From the NCBI GenBank assembly GCA_039545335.1, contig BCIN01000002.1, forward strand, positions 2,262,678 through 2,326,677: a stretch of DNA of 64,000 nt, read 5' to 3'. The notes beneath the pieces were generated by a model that saw only the letters and a program-made list of their open reading frames with translations, made no database searches and had not been told where the DNA came from. The position numbers and the translations under genes are program-made. The first letter of the stretch is position 1; each line of letters starts with the position of its first letter. This DNA is from Kondoa subrosea (lineage: Eukaryota). This document shows positions 1-12,556 of this stretch, piece by piece.

Positions 1-13
1 TCATTACCATATG

Positions 14-400
14 AACATAGGTACGCATGACACAACATCTCTTCAGTCTTATGGCTGATGGGTAGACTGTTACGTTGTACAGTGCACTAGAAACCATTCT
101 GGCATCAGCATCAAGAGCTTTGGAAGGTGATTTAGTCAATGTTAGATCTTTGGTGCTAGATTTATTGGAGGACCTGGAATCTAACATAGGTACGCACACA
201 GGTCGTGGTATCAGTTTTTAGCTGATGACGCGACCGGTGGTTGTACAGTCCCCTCGAAGTTAAGAGCTTTATTGCAGTATACAAGGAAATTGGTAGTCTT
301 CCAAAAGTGGGTTAAGGCATTCCCTTGCAACATCGGATGCTTATGAGATGCTGATGGTTCACAGACGAGCTGGATTAGTACAGGAAGCTATTGATGAACT
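14..400. repeat. Degenerate direct repeat, 2-3 units, first period ~165-170 nt
   Basis: AACATAGGTACGCA at 14-27 and 183-196; GCTGATG at 54 and 221; GTTGTACAGT at 74 and 240; AAGAGCTTT at 113 and 262; a weaker third unit (CAACATC..CTTATG..GCTGATGG) from ~328. Confidence 0.55.
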
Positions 401-628
401 CTTACAGCAAGGTGCGTGAGTGTTGTTCATCCTCTATCGTGAGATCAATGCATAGCCAATGTACAGATGATGATCTGGATGGTTTATACCTCACTACTCC
501 TCGCTCGATGGATCTGGGAACGGATCGTGCAGAAGTAGAAATGCTACAGCAAGCAAATTGAGGAATGCGGTATCCGTGAATGGACGCACAGCCTCTGCGT
601 ACATTATAGACATAGGTACAATGCATCT

Positions 629-3068
629 TCACACCCGCTCTGCTACTTCTGCCTCGTTCTTTTGCTCTTTCGTCTGCTTACGGGCTTTCCGTTCCTCTAG
701 CCATAGCTTCGAGTCAACCTTAGCTTGAGCGTCTCCCGCTCCTGTAACGGACGTCAGCTTTGTATCGTCATCGATTGTAAGGAATTCCGTACTGTCCAGC
801 GAATGATGCTGTATCAACGCATAAGCGGCTATGCAGCCAATCCCTGCTACCACACTAGTAGCTATCCAGACGTGATGAAAGCCTCTAGTGTATGCATCCA
901 AGACTTCTTGAATCTTGTTTGCATCTAAATCGAGTGACCTGAATTTTGCGGGATCGTCTCTGATTCGTTCGAGTGTAGCAGAGGGCAAATCTACTGATTG
1001 AAGAGAATTTTGGATAATTGCTGCTGCTACTGCAAGCCATATCGTTCCTAGAATTTGAGACAGATTAGCTGAGCGCAAAAGTACCAGTTCGGAGAGGCGC
1101 ACCAGCTAAAGAGCGAGCAAAGTTGCGCACACTGCCGAAGCCAAGTCAGCAGTCTTGCTTGACGAAATTGAGCAGAGACGAACCTTGTAGCCACAGCCAT
1201 CTCAGCCCTAGTGACAGCTGTTTGTAAAGCGACCAAAGATGTTTGAAACAGGCAACCGACAGATATCCCTAGCAGGACTTCAAAACCGATGATCTTGCCC
1301 AAGCTAGATTGCTCGTTGATGGTAGTGAAGAGAGCTACACCGACCACCACTAGAGGTGATCCGACCCAGATTTGAGGACGATAGAAACCTTTGAAGGCGA
1401 TAAGCTGCGCGCAGCCACTATATCGGCGTGTGAGACATCAAGCGACTGACATACTATGGTGACTGACTAGACTGTTGGTGCAATCGTGCAGAGATAAGGA
1501 AGTGTGAGCACGCCTGCTCTGACTGCCGATACACCTCTAACAACTTGCAGCAATTGAGGAATGTAGTAAAGGGAGGACAGATGGACAGCTGCGTTTCCCA
1601 TTGTTAAGATCATGACTCCATTGACCGTTCGATGGCGGAAGATATTACTAGAGATCTAATCAGCACAAGAAGAAAGCCAAAGCCGCAAAAGAAAGCTCAC
1701 AGCGGCACGATGGGCAGAGCTGGCCTTTTCCATTCATACAGAATGAAAGCAACATAGAGCAGGGCGCCAATGATGATTGTACTCAAGACAGCAGGCGATA
1801 CCCAGGGAAACTTGACGTCGCCCCTATAACATTCATGCGTCAGTCAAAATCTTCGCCGCTGTCCGACTGCCTGACCAATTGACGCCCAGTAACAGAAGAA
1901 CAGTTGCTGTCAGCACTAAGCCGCAACCTGCATAATCGACTTGTGCCAGCTTCCTGTTTGACAGATCAGCATAAGATGAAGAGTGCAGAAAGCTCGTCTT
2001 ACGCTTTGTAATTGCCTTCAACCCTTTTCAGCGGCAGAAGCCACCATGTAACGAAGATCGCTATTGCTCCGACTTGATCCAAGAGACATCAGCTATTCTC
2101 TTGTAGGCTGTCAAAGCTCGCTTACTGGGTAGATTAATCCAGAAGACGAGTCGCCAATTGACTTCGGCAAAGACACCGCCCAAGACTGGTCCTACACCAC
2201 TTGCTATAGTGATGACGATTTCCAGGATGCCTTGATATTTCCCTCGCTCTCTTAATGTTACCACATCGGAAATGATAATCAATACCAACGATATCAGACC
2301 ACCTCCTCTGTTGATGCAATGATCAGCAATGCTGTAACATTTGAAAGTAGAAGACATACCCTATGCCTTGAAAACTTCTAAAGACGATACTGCCAAAAGG
2401 TATGAGGCATTAGCGAAGTCTGCTGTACGAAAAGTGAGACAAACAGTTGAACAGTCGTTTGAGCTAAAGCACAAGCTAGACTAGCGATCCAGAATTCGAC
2501 GAGACAAACGAGCAGCACCGCTTTCCGTCCAAAGATGCTACTGAAATATTGGCATCTCGGTAGAAGAGGTCCATAGCAGAACTTACTCGCTCATGCGTCC
2601 ATAGATTGGCGTCAAAGCTGTCGTAACAAGAAGATAACTGCATGTATGCATCAGCTTGACCTTGCTTCGATAGAATCGACAACGCCTACGAAGTAATGAA
2701 CCATGCTGAATCTTGACCAGCGTTAAGATCGCTGGTAATCGCAAAGAGAGAAGTAGAGAGAATCGTCTGATCAAGGAAAGCGATAAAGACTGCCAGCGAA
2801 AGACCAGCAAAGATGATGATCTGCGGGGTTGTTACTCTGTGATCAGGAATACTTGCATAATGCAATTCAACGGGAACAGACGCACAACTTGTTTGGCAGG
2901 AAGGAAGTTTGTTTGATCTTGCAGAGGTTTAGCAGTCCCTAGTACTTCCTGAGCATCAAGTTGGATTGCTGCTGCAGGTTCATCATTATCTTTCCCGAGA
3001 ATTGGAGGTAAAGCATCGGCCGGCGACGCGTCTTTGCCTTCATCTGCGCTCTTGACAGTGTCTGCCAT
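629..3068 (-). CDS. MFS drug:H+ antiporter (DHA2/14-TMS family), multi-exon
   Basis: Exons encode TPIYGR, GGGLISLVLIIISDVVTLRERGKYQG, GPVLGGVFAEVNWRLVFWINLP, DYAGCGL, GISVGCLFQTSLVALQTAV and AYTRGFHHVW, all typical DHA2 motifs. Confidence 0.9.
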
Positions 3069-3315
3069 TCATGCAAGGCGCGGGAGATCAGGCTTTCAGG
3101 AAGGAGATGCATATTTTTGGTTAAAGAATCTGATTCTTGCCGATGTCTAATTTGTTCTCCCGAACATCACGCGCGCGGATAAGCGGCTACGAGTATCCTA
3201 CTAGCAAGGCAATGCAGATACTGCCATCGTCACAACATAGAATTGTGTCTGTGTAAAAGTAACCTATAGTACAATGATCTTCGTTTCTTCTTCGACAAGG
3301 CAAGCAATCCTGCTT

Positions 3316-4044
3316 TCACTTCAATCTTGATTCTGGTTGCTGGAATCTCAGTCTCATTTGCGCAGTGCTTGGCAATCCATAACGTTCTCTCAGCCGCCTG
3401 GCATCTTCTAGCGAATTGAGATTTTCTGTTCGGATTACCGTACCTATTCAGAGGAGGGAAATGAGCAAAGGTGGAACCACATAATATGATCACGAACCGA
3501 TCGACATGAAGACTGATAGTTGATGTTAACAAGACAAAACGATGCGCTTTGTAGGTGAGCGACATACATGCGAAAGTAGCTCCCGAACCACTTCACAAAG
3601 AGTCAGCTTAAAGCAAAATACTGAGTAAAAGAAGACATACAGCATATATTGCGACAGCGAGCCAAAGAAGCCTTTAGGTCCAGCACCATTTCTCAATATC
3701 GCGAAAGTGCCAAAGATGAAGCCCTGCTCTTTCATTAGCTGACTTTACTTCGACTTATAAGAGCTTACAATCGTCAAGCCGACCTGATGTTCCGTTGAAT
3801 GAGCGATTGCCAGCCAAATCAGAGCAAGTTCATACCATTCCACCTGCAGAAGAATATGCGTTAGCTATCAGGCAACGTTGTATAGCATTGTGAACGGACC
3901 CATTGTAGCTCCTGTGAGACCCGGCAATCGTTATAGCTCATAACAGAGCAACGACTGAAACCGCTCACCCATTTTCAATTTCGAAAGTATTGAAGGTTCT
4001 TGTACTTGCACCTGTCCTGCTTGTCCTCTCTGCATCATAGCCAT
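3316..4044 (-). CDS. MGR2: Mgr2/Romo1 mitochondrial TIM23-associated protein, with micro-exons
   Basis: Spliced: MAMMQRGQ..SKLKMG/ATMG/GM/VGLTIG/FIFGTFAILRNGAGPKGFFGSLSQYML/GSGATF/FMSIG/TVIRTE..; matches the Romo1 pattern MGxxVGxxIGxxFG..GATFxFFMSIGxVIR. Only fragments appear in the ORF track. Confidence 0.88.
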
Positions 4045-4221
4045 ACTGTCTCCCTTTCTATCGACTTATGTGGAGAAAACTGAGGGGTATAAAGAGTATG
4101 CCGAGCAGTGACGGTTCTGCGACAAGGAAATTAAATACTGGCGAACATGAGAAGTCGAGCCAGGTCAAAATCCAGCGCTGCAATCAGCTACAATCTGAAC
4201 AACATATTACATTGAATGAAT

Positions 4222-5541
4222 TCATTTATTCAGTGGAGAAACCTTGTCACATTTATCGACCGCGTCAAAGAAGATCTTCCACATCTTCTCGACCTAAAGT
4301 TCATGCGTAAGCATTGTAACAAAAAGTGGCAGCGCAAAGGAGAACATGAACGCACATCAACTGTTTTTGCCATCCAAACGTTGCCCGGTCTCTTCTTCTC
4401 ACTCAGAACCGTTCTCCCTCTATGACTTTCATCAGCCAATTCCACATCTATCAAACATTCTTTTCCCTTGAAGATCTCTGGAGCTACAACGTACACCACA
4501 CAAAGAAGATCATGTACTGGTGGACCTGTTTCAAATTGAAAATGACTAGAATAGGTTTTGGCAAAGAAGGCTATGATGGATTGACTCATTTTCCGTAAAG
4601 GTGTAGAGGTGTTGAGAGTCAGGACTTCGATGGAGTGCCGGAAGATGGCAGTATGAGTGATATCTTTGACAGCAATCAGCACAAGTAGGGTTATTTATTG
4701 GTGAGCCTACCGAGAGGGAAGAACTTGATGGGTAGATGTGAAGTGAAGACAACATGAGCTGCTTCTGGGTCTCTGTACAGCACGCTGAATAGGGATTTCC
4801 AGCAGCAGTGAAGGCGACTTACGCATAGACATTCCTGTGCAGCGCGCGGCGCCTGTATCAGCGATGTAGCTGAAGCAGATTCCCCACACACACCATTCAG
4901 CTGTTCTCGAGTCATTAGAATTTCCCATTTCCTCTACGCTGCCTCCCATAAGTACGATCTCTTCAATCGTATTCGCGGCCAATTCAGGGTAAGCGAGCAA
5001 GAACAGAGCAACATTCGTCCAAGGACCAGTACCAATCAAAGTAAACTTCTCCCTCTTCTCTAGCAAATCTTCACAGATTCTTTCTAGGGCTTTCAAAGCA
5101 GTATTCTGTCGACCTTTCTGTATCAGAGATTTTACTTGAGGATCTTCTGGATCAGGTAGACCTGTGACTCCATCGAGACCGCTGATGCCATGGATATTGG
5201 AGGCAGCTGAAATTTCTGGAGGTGGTTCTCGAACTAAAGCTTGACTAGCTCCAGGGTAAATCTTGCATTGTGATGCGAAAGAATGAATGAGTTTCGCTGC
5301 GTTGATGGTACAGTTGTTGACCGATGAATTACCGTGTGTCTATGCTTCATTCAGCTTGTGTGAAGGCTAAAACAAGAAGAACTCACTGTTGATACTCCGA
5401 GAAGCTCTAGCTCGTCAGAATGGATTGCCAACAACAGGGCCAAAGCATCATCGTGTCCCCTTTACGTAGCTTGTTAGATCATGTCGACGCGCAAGAGAGT
5501 GTACACTACGGATCGCAGTCCAGCCAGATCTTCTTCACCAT
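4222..5541 (-). CDS. URH1: Inosine/uridine-preferring nucleoside hydrolase
   Basis: MVKKIWLDCDP/GHDDALAL, IHGISGLDG, TGPWTNVAL, IVLMGG, DPEAAHVVF, PPVHDLLCVVY. Confidence 0.9.
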
Positions 5542-5785
5542 GCTGGTGACCGTCTAGGATGCCGCAGCTGGCTGAACAACGCGCCCAGAATACTCACAGA
5601 CCAGAAGGCGACTGATCGTTCTGAGAAGTGACGCTGTATGTATTTTACGAGCAGGATATGATGTGTGGCTTGTCCAGAAAGATTCCGTTTGATAGCGACT
5701 GTCTTGATATCCTTACGTCAATCGTTCAAGGGAAATATTATGCTGTGTCAATAGGTACTATGTACATGCTTCGCGAGCAAACCCA

Positions 5786-7816
5786 TCACAATTCCTTCTT
5801 CTGCGCCAAATCTGGTAGATTCAGTAATCCTCTCACAGCTCCACCGGCAGCCTGTATTATAGACAAATCACCTTTAGTGTGTGTGACATCCATCGAAAGC
5901 AGATAAACCGACCTTCGCGGCTTTCGGCACCTGCCCTGCAATACCCTTGAATGATTGTACTAGCTGAGCATGCGCCTCGCCTGTTTCATCGAAAAGCCAA
6001 ACCTGTTCGCCGTGTGTTACATTAGCCTTTGTCGCGAGCAGGCAATAATACTATCGAGACTGACCATAACGAATGCGCTCAAGATCATGAACATGGTCAT
6101 GACGAGCATAGCCAACAATACTCCTCTACAAACAAAGATCATCATCAGCTATCTTCCTCTTGCAGTGTAAGAGGGGAAACTCACCCAATAAGCATCATAT
6201 CATCCCTATCCCAAGGTTTGGCAGCCACAGCAGGCGCGTTTGGTTTACTGACGAGTTGCTTGATCCTTAAATCGGTAATACCTAATTGTTCAGCTTCTTC
6301 CCGTGATTTAGGTAATTTACCGCCAGAAGTCATTGGGATCCAAGAAGGGAATCGAGTTTCAATCCATTGTTCCACCTAAATTCTTTAGTCAGGGAAAGGA
6401 ACATTTGTGAAAGGACAGAGAACGTACTCGACCGGATAAGATGGAGAGTTTCAGGAAGCTTGGGTCGGAAGAAGGGCATTTTGCATGCATAGATCGTAAG
6501 TTCTCTCGGAAGATTTCAGCTACTTCTCTTGGATTAATAGCTCTGATGATAAGCTGTTCGTTTCGAAAACTTACATTGAGCATACTTCGATGCTAAACAA
6601 AAGCCGCGGACGAACCTGAACAGCCAAAGATTTTCGAATCTTTACATTCTTTTGCATGACTTTTGGATTGTTAAAACATTCATTCAAGGTAGCCAAAGCC
6701 ATAACTTGAGGTATTGCGCAGAAATTGAAAACCGATTGATTTTTCAGTAGGCAAAGGAATTCCAAACACGGTATAGTATGTTGCAATCCATCCAGAATCA
6801 TTTCGTTCAATGCATGTAAGGCTTGAATTTTGTTTTGAGGTAAGGAGAGATCAGAAGGAGTAGAAGCGTATTTGCCCCATATCGCTTTTGGCCAAAATAG
6901 CCGACCATCACGAACATCTTCTGCAAAATCTCTTGTAATGTTAGTTTTTTGTAACATGAGACCCATGTGGTTGGCTAGAGTCAGTTGACCGGCCAAGAGA
7001 GGGGTTTCGAGTTTCGATGCTGAAAAGATTCGAACGAGTCCTTCGCCTACTAGACCAGCTACGTAATGGCAATAAAGGTCAAAGTCCGAAAGGGATTGCA
7101 AAGAGAAGAGGTTGTTGTTATCGAAGGCGACCCGACAGTATTTGGCCATCCCTCGGCCCATTTTCCGGCAGATATCTTTGATGACGATTTGATAGCTGTA
7201 TGTTGCGAGGGAATTGGGAATGAGCACAAAACACATTCCTCACCACTGCAACGTACCTTGAGTCTAGCAACGCGTACTCTTTTATTACGACATGGAATTC
7301 GACCAGAAGCTGTCGGTCTTTCTCATTCGGTCCGCCTGTCCGTGCTGGAAATGTCAGCAGATATCCAGCTTATCTATCCAATGGACACGAACATCCATCA
7401 TAAGTCCAGCCAGGAGTTTCTAGCTTTTCATGAAAGCTCAACAGCAGTCTTTCCTTCTCTTGAATATCAATAGTCATATCATCTTCTATCGTATCCAATC
7501 CTCTTAGAACCAAGTAGAAGATACATATCTATTCACAGTTCTGCCTATGAGCTCCTCTTACATACTCTCGACAGAAGTTGAGTACACGCACGGCTCTGCA
7601 TAAATCGCCTTGCAATTCCTTGATAACGAAAGCGAAACTTCTACTGGTTTGATCTAAGAAGTACCAACACCTTTGCATAGCTTCTCTGTGAACGCCTGAA
7701 GTTTCTGGATGTGCATAAATGTCATTTGTCGCATTGCGCCAGATTTTGAAGTGCATCATGGAGCGAAACTCTCCAGGATGCGTAACTAGAGTCTTGAGAA
7801 GCATTAGAGCAGACAT
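5786..7816 (-). CDS. ERG9: Squalene synthase
   Basis: TSRSFAFVIKEL, YLVLRGLDTIEDDM, YCHYVAGLVGEGL, MGLMLQKTNITRDFAED, FCAIPQVMALATL; C-terminal TM segment; spliced last exon ends ..AQKKEL*. Confidence 0.95.
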
Positions 7817-8168
7817 ATTTGCTGAGGTATTGGTCTGAGGTCAAGACAAGGCGCGCGAAATATAAACACGAAATAGTAGTCAATACAAGCATAGGTCTAC
7901 CTTTCCTGCATGCGGAATCATCTAAGACTAATAGCTCTGCCGCCTCGAGCGAAAGATCACAAAGCTGTGTATCTTACAAAATTAGTAAAAGCTACAAATT
8001 TGCTTTCATCGGCCTGCGCTGTCTGTCTTCTCTCTCTTCCTCTGTCTCCCCTGCTAGTCCTAGATACCCTTGCTACTCTATCGTAGCACAGAAGAACGGC
8101 CATACCCTGTCAAGCCGTGAATTCCTGATTACATCAAAACGCTCTTTTTATACTTGCGATAGTCGAGA

Positions 8169-9766
8169 ATGGTTGGACAAAGCGAGGCTCGCGTGTGTGC
8201 GTGCTGGTCGTATTGCAGTATTGTTTTATACTTACTTGCGAGTGAACGTACAGATCCAGGCGTGGTTAGTCAATTCGGCCTTGTTTGAATGCCAGCGTTT
8301 GTTGCTGACTATTGCTCTTAAATGGGATAGAATGAGAAGTTTGGGCGATCATGGTGGGATTATGGTCAGTGCTGGATAACACTAGGGCAAGCAATAGGTG
8401 CTGATCCAGCTTTATGTTAGACAATCTGATGGTTTCTTGGGGGTCAGTCCTGCTCTCCTGAAGATCGTTCCCGGTCTCAAGAAGAGTTTGATTTGACAGA
8501 CAACAAGACAACTACGAAATTGTGCGAAAAGTAGGGAGAGGGAAATACTCTGAGGTGTTTGAAGGAGTCAACATTCAAAACGACGACAAATGCATCATCA
8601 AAGTTCTCAAACCAGTCAAGAAGAAGAAGATCAAGAGAGAAATCAAGATCTTGCAAAACTTAGCTGGTGGTCCGAATATCATCTCTTTGCTCGATGTAGT
8701 TCGAGATCCTCAATCTAAAACACCTTCTATCATCTTTGAATACGTAAACAAGTGAGGTCTTATTCCTCTTCTTCATGACCCGTCAGAACTCACGTACACT
8801 ACACTTCTAGCACCGACTTCAAAATCCTCTATCCCAAATTTTCTGACCTGGACGTCCGATATTACATTCTCGAATTACTCAAAGCTCTAGATTTCTGTCA
8901 TTCAAGAGGAATCATGCATCGAGATGTGAAACCGCACAACGTTATGATTGATCACGAGAAAAGACAACTCAGGTTAATCGATTGGGGTTTAGCTGAATTC
9001 TATCACCCTGGAACAGAATACAACGTTCGAGTCGCTTCTCGGTACTTTAAAGGTCCTGAATTGCTCGTCGATTTCCAAGAATACGATTATAGCTTGGATA
9101 TGTGGTCTTTGGGTTGCATGTTTGCTTCAATGGTCAGTCGCGATGCCAGACAAGGAAATCAGGCTGTAAGCTGATGCAATGGCGCGACTAACCTGACAGA
9201 TCTTCCGCAAAGAACCTTTCTTCCATGGGCATGATAATTATGATCAGCTTGTCAAAATCACAAAGGTACTAGGAACGGATGAACTTTATGCTTACCTAGA
9301 AAGGTGCGCAAGATGGATGACTCTTTTTCGGCTTCGTTGCTGATAGTTCTCCACGATTTGAGCACAGATACGATATCGACCTGGATTCAGCATATGATGA
9401 TATTTTGGGAAGGTCAGTTCGCTCAAGCTTTATTCTCTAACAGGATGATTGAGCAGTAAATGCAGGTATGGAAGGAAACAATGGACGAGGTTCATCACGA
9501 CAGACAATCAGCGATACATTTCAAACGAGGTCAGCATGAGAAGCGCAGAGTATCAAGCTGTTATTGATTCTCGCATTCATTTTTCTGACAGTCTATCGAT
9601 TTCCTTGATCGATTACTGAGGTATGATCATCAAGAACGGCTCACAGCGCAAGAAGCTATGAAGCGTGAGCTTTATCATGCATTTTCTTTTAAGATTGATA
9701 CTCACATGTCTTTCAGATGCATACTTCGAGCCTGTTGGCGGAAATGCAGCGGCAGCAGGTCCGTGA
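8169..9766 (+). CDS. CKA1: Casein kinase II catalytic alpha subunit
   Basis: [55 protein letters not shown]; many short 5' exons; divergent from ERG9. Confidence 0.97.
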
Positions 9767-10004
9767 CATAGATTCAGGCTGGCAATTGTTGCTTACCAGT
9801 ATCTTTCATTGGACAGAAGCGGCAATTAAGGCCGAGCCGCCGTCACCAGACGAAGGTTTAGCAGAAGAGTAATACACGCAAGGGAATGGCGAGATTGAGT
9901 GTTTGTGTCTAGATGATGTTTTCTGCAAGACGAAAGGGGACGATGATGAAAGTAGAGCATTACTACATTATTACATTTTGCTACATTTGTCCGCTGTGCT
10001 CTCG

Positions 10005-12420
10005 TCAAGTCGTGGCGAATAGGGATATACCCTGTCTAACTCTGCTGACTTCTTGCTGAAGCTCGCGACCCTCATGCTCATGCCACATCTCCTCCGCAGG
10101 AATGAGCTTTGCATTATTTCCGCCGCTCTTCCATTTCCTGTTGAAGTTGTTTTGTTTCGCTATCATTGAGGACATCTTCCGTGGATCCGAATGCCCGCTG
10201 AAAAGAATAATAGCAGTATGTTTCGGTAAAGAGGTATAGAGGCGTTCAAGTCTTTCATTGAGGGCTGCATAGGCGGAAGCGATACGTTGTTCTTCTGTTG
10301 TTTCGTCCGGTTCCGTCGATGAAGGGTTGAGAGCAGCGATCTCTTCTTTGGCTGTTTGTGCAAGTGCGAGAGCTGAAGCCGATGGTTGCGTCCCTGTCAA
10401 CACAAAAGGACTCCATCAGCTACAAGCTGAAGACCCCACCTTATGTACTGACAGCCAAGAGCTTGCGATACATCCAAGAACCGCGCAAATGTGAAATCAT
10501 ACTTGTCCACGTTCGCACAGACTTCTTTGACCACCTAACTCAGTAAAGTTAATGTCTGTTTGCCCCGACCAGACGAGGACGAACCTCTTCATCATTCTGG
10601 CATGCTTTTGAAGCAGTAGCTTTCGCCCCGTGCCAAGTGCCTGGCGTGCCATGATCTACTACAAGACTAGTCTTGGGTTGTTGGCCTCTTGACATGCGCT
10701 GGAAGATTACTTCAGGACTAGAAACGAATTCTCCAAACTCCGGACCTGTAGGCAGATAACTATGAATTCAGCTGGCATACAGCTTAACCAAAACTCTGCG
10801 CCTACCATGCTTCATCTTCAGATTCAGTAATTCCATAGCTACTCTGGCATCTTCTTCAGAATCATGACCTATTAAAGCAGTTTCGCCTTCTGATCCTAAT
10901 GGTCTTTCCTGCGGAACCTGGATCTCTTTGTTCAACCATTTCTGCGCTAACCATTTCAAGGAAGGTTTGAAAGGCGGTCCTCGAGTATGTTGATACAGTA
11001 CAGAAGTATCGATAACCCAAGCTAATTGTACCATCAAGCTTATTAAGTTCAGCAGCTTGGTAGGAACCTACGATGCGCAATCTGTTAGGCACAAAATGAC
11101 GGGATCAACACAGAGATTGAAGCCTCATTTACGCACTAACCTTCAAAGCCCTCAGATCGCAGTCTAACGAATGACCGATCAAGATCGTGTTGTAGTCCAC
11201 CATGGTGATAAGCTTCTTATATACGTCCTTGATCGTCGTATTTGTCCCTTTCATCCTCGCCTCAGTCATTCCAGACCACCTATACTGCGCCTCAGCTTAT
11301 AGAACAGCTAACCTGTAGAATGATCTTACTGGGTTAGATAATCCGTGATTGGCTTCTCAGGCATGACTAGCGTATCGAGCACCACTTCTCCTTTCTGATT
11401 GACGACCGACACTCTAGCTAAAGTAGATCCATCTTCCGTAGTCACCATTTCACAATCCATAGCAAACACTTTGATTTCATCTGATAGTTTGGTTTGAGGT
11501 GTTTGTAAGAACCCATCTGTTCTTACTTGCCATTCTTTTAGTTTCGGTTTGGATGTAGAAGGTAAAGAAGAATCATTGATGGGAAGTTCTGTTGAGTATT
11601 CAGGTAAGGTGTATAAGGCATCGGCCATCTGTTCTGAAGAGAGCAAAAACATTGAAGGATCCGTTGCAGAAGCGAAGCCTGTCAAAATGAACACACGCGG
11701 AATTAGCCAAAGCTAATTCCACAAATGCATCGACTGACGAGCTTTCCTCTCCTTTGCCTTGTCTTCCTTCTCCTTCGGACTCAGAGGAGCAGCAAGGAAA
11801 GTTTGCAGACAGCTATGTAGCCGATTGTCGTCGCCTGGTGCTCGAGTGGGTAAATACGAGCTGAAGATTTGTCTTAGGTAAGGTAAAGAGCAATCGTTCG
11901 ATCCGGCAATAATGGATTGAGGTCTTGTATCACCAGGTATAGAAGAAGGTACGCCTATACTTCCTGGTGTGAGACCTGGAATGAGGAGAGCGACAACATG
12001 CTTGATGTTGGCTTTGTTCTCGATATTCATCCATTGCGTCGTAGGTTTGCCTTGGTATTTCGACAAAAGGACTAGAGTTAGATCACGAATGTCTTTGACT
12101 CCTATTGTACGGCTTTGCAGGTTCTTGCCATCGAAATGAAATGAAGGTTGATTTTCAGGCAGCTATGAACGAACACAAGAAAGGACACAATGGACACTCA
12201 GATTTCAGATGAGATACGATCAAGAAGACTGATTCACAAGTGCTCGCTTCTCTGCCTTTGCCTGCTTTTTCTTATTACTTTTCTGTTTCTTGCTTTTGGG
12301 CATCTCCCAACCTTCATCGTCTTTTGTCTTATCTGGACTGCTGTTGGAGGCACTTGCAGCGTCTACAGACCGTTTACCGTTCGTTGCACCGCCAAAGATG
12401 GAAGCGAGCACATCAGACAT
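10005..12420 (-). CDS. REX1: DEDDh 3'-5' RNA exonuclease (Rex1/Rnh70-like)
   Basis: VFAMDCEMV, ILIGHSLDCDLRALK, IDTSVLY, PSLKWLAQKWL, GHDSEEDARVAMELL. Confidence 0.88.
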
Positions 12421-12556
12421 GGTTTGCAGAAACCAACAATCGTAATTTCTACTTTTCGTTACGCGCGTTATGTTGCATTTTGCGGATCCTCTCCACACCC
12501 ACAATGAACCCAAGGCATGTACAGCAATTCCTCCTGTTTCCCTTTTTTAAACGGAC

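Noticed and set aside
7819..8379. 186-aa ORF between ERG9 and CK2
   Set aside because: Non-ATG start; runs through the bidirectional promoter and CK2 introns; no protein-like motifs.
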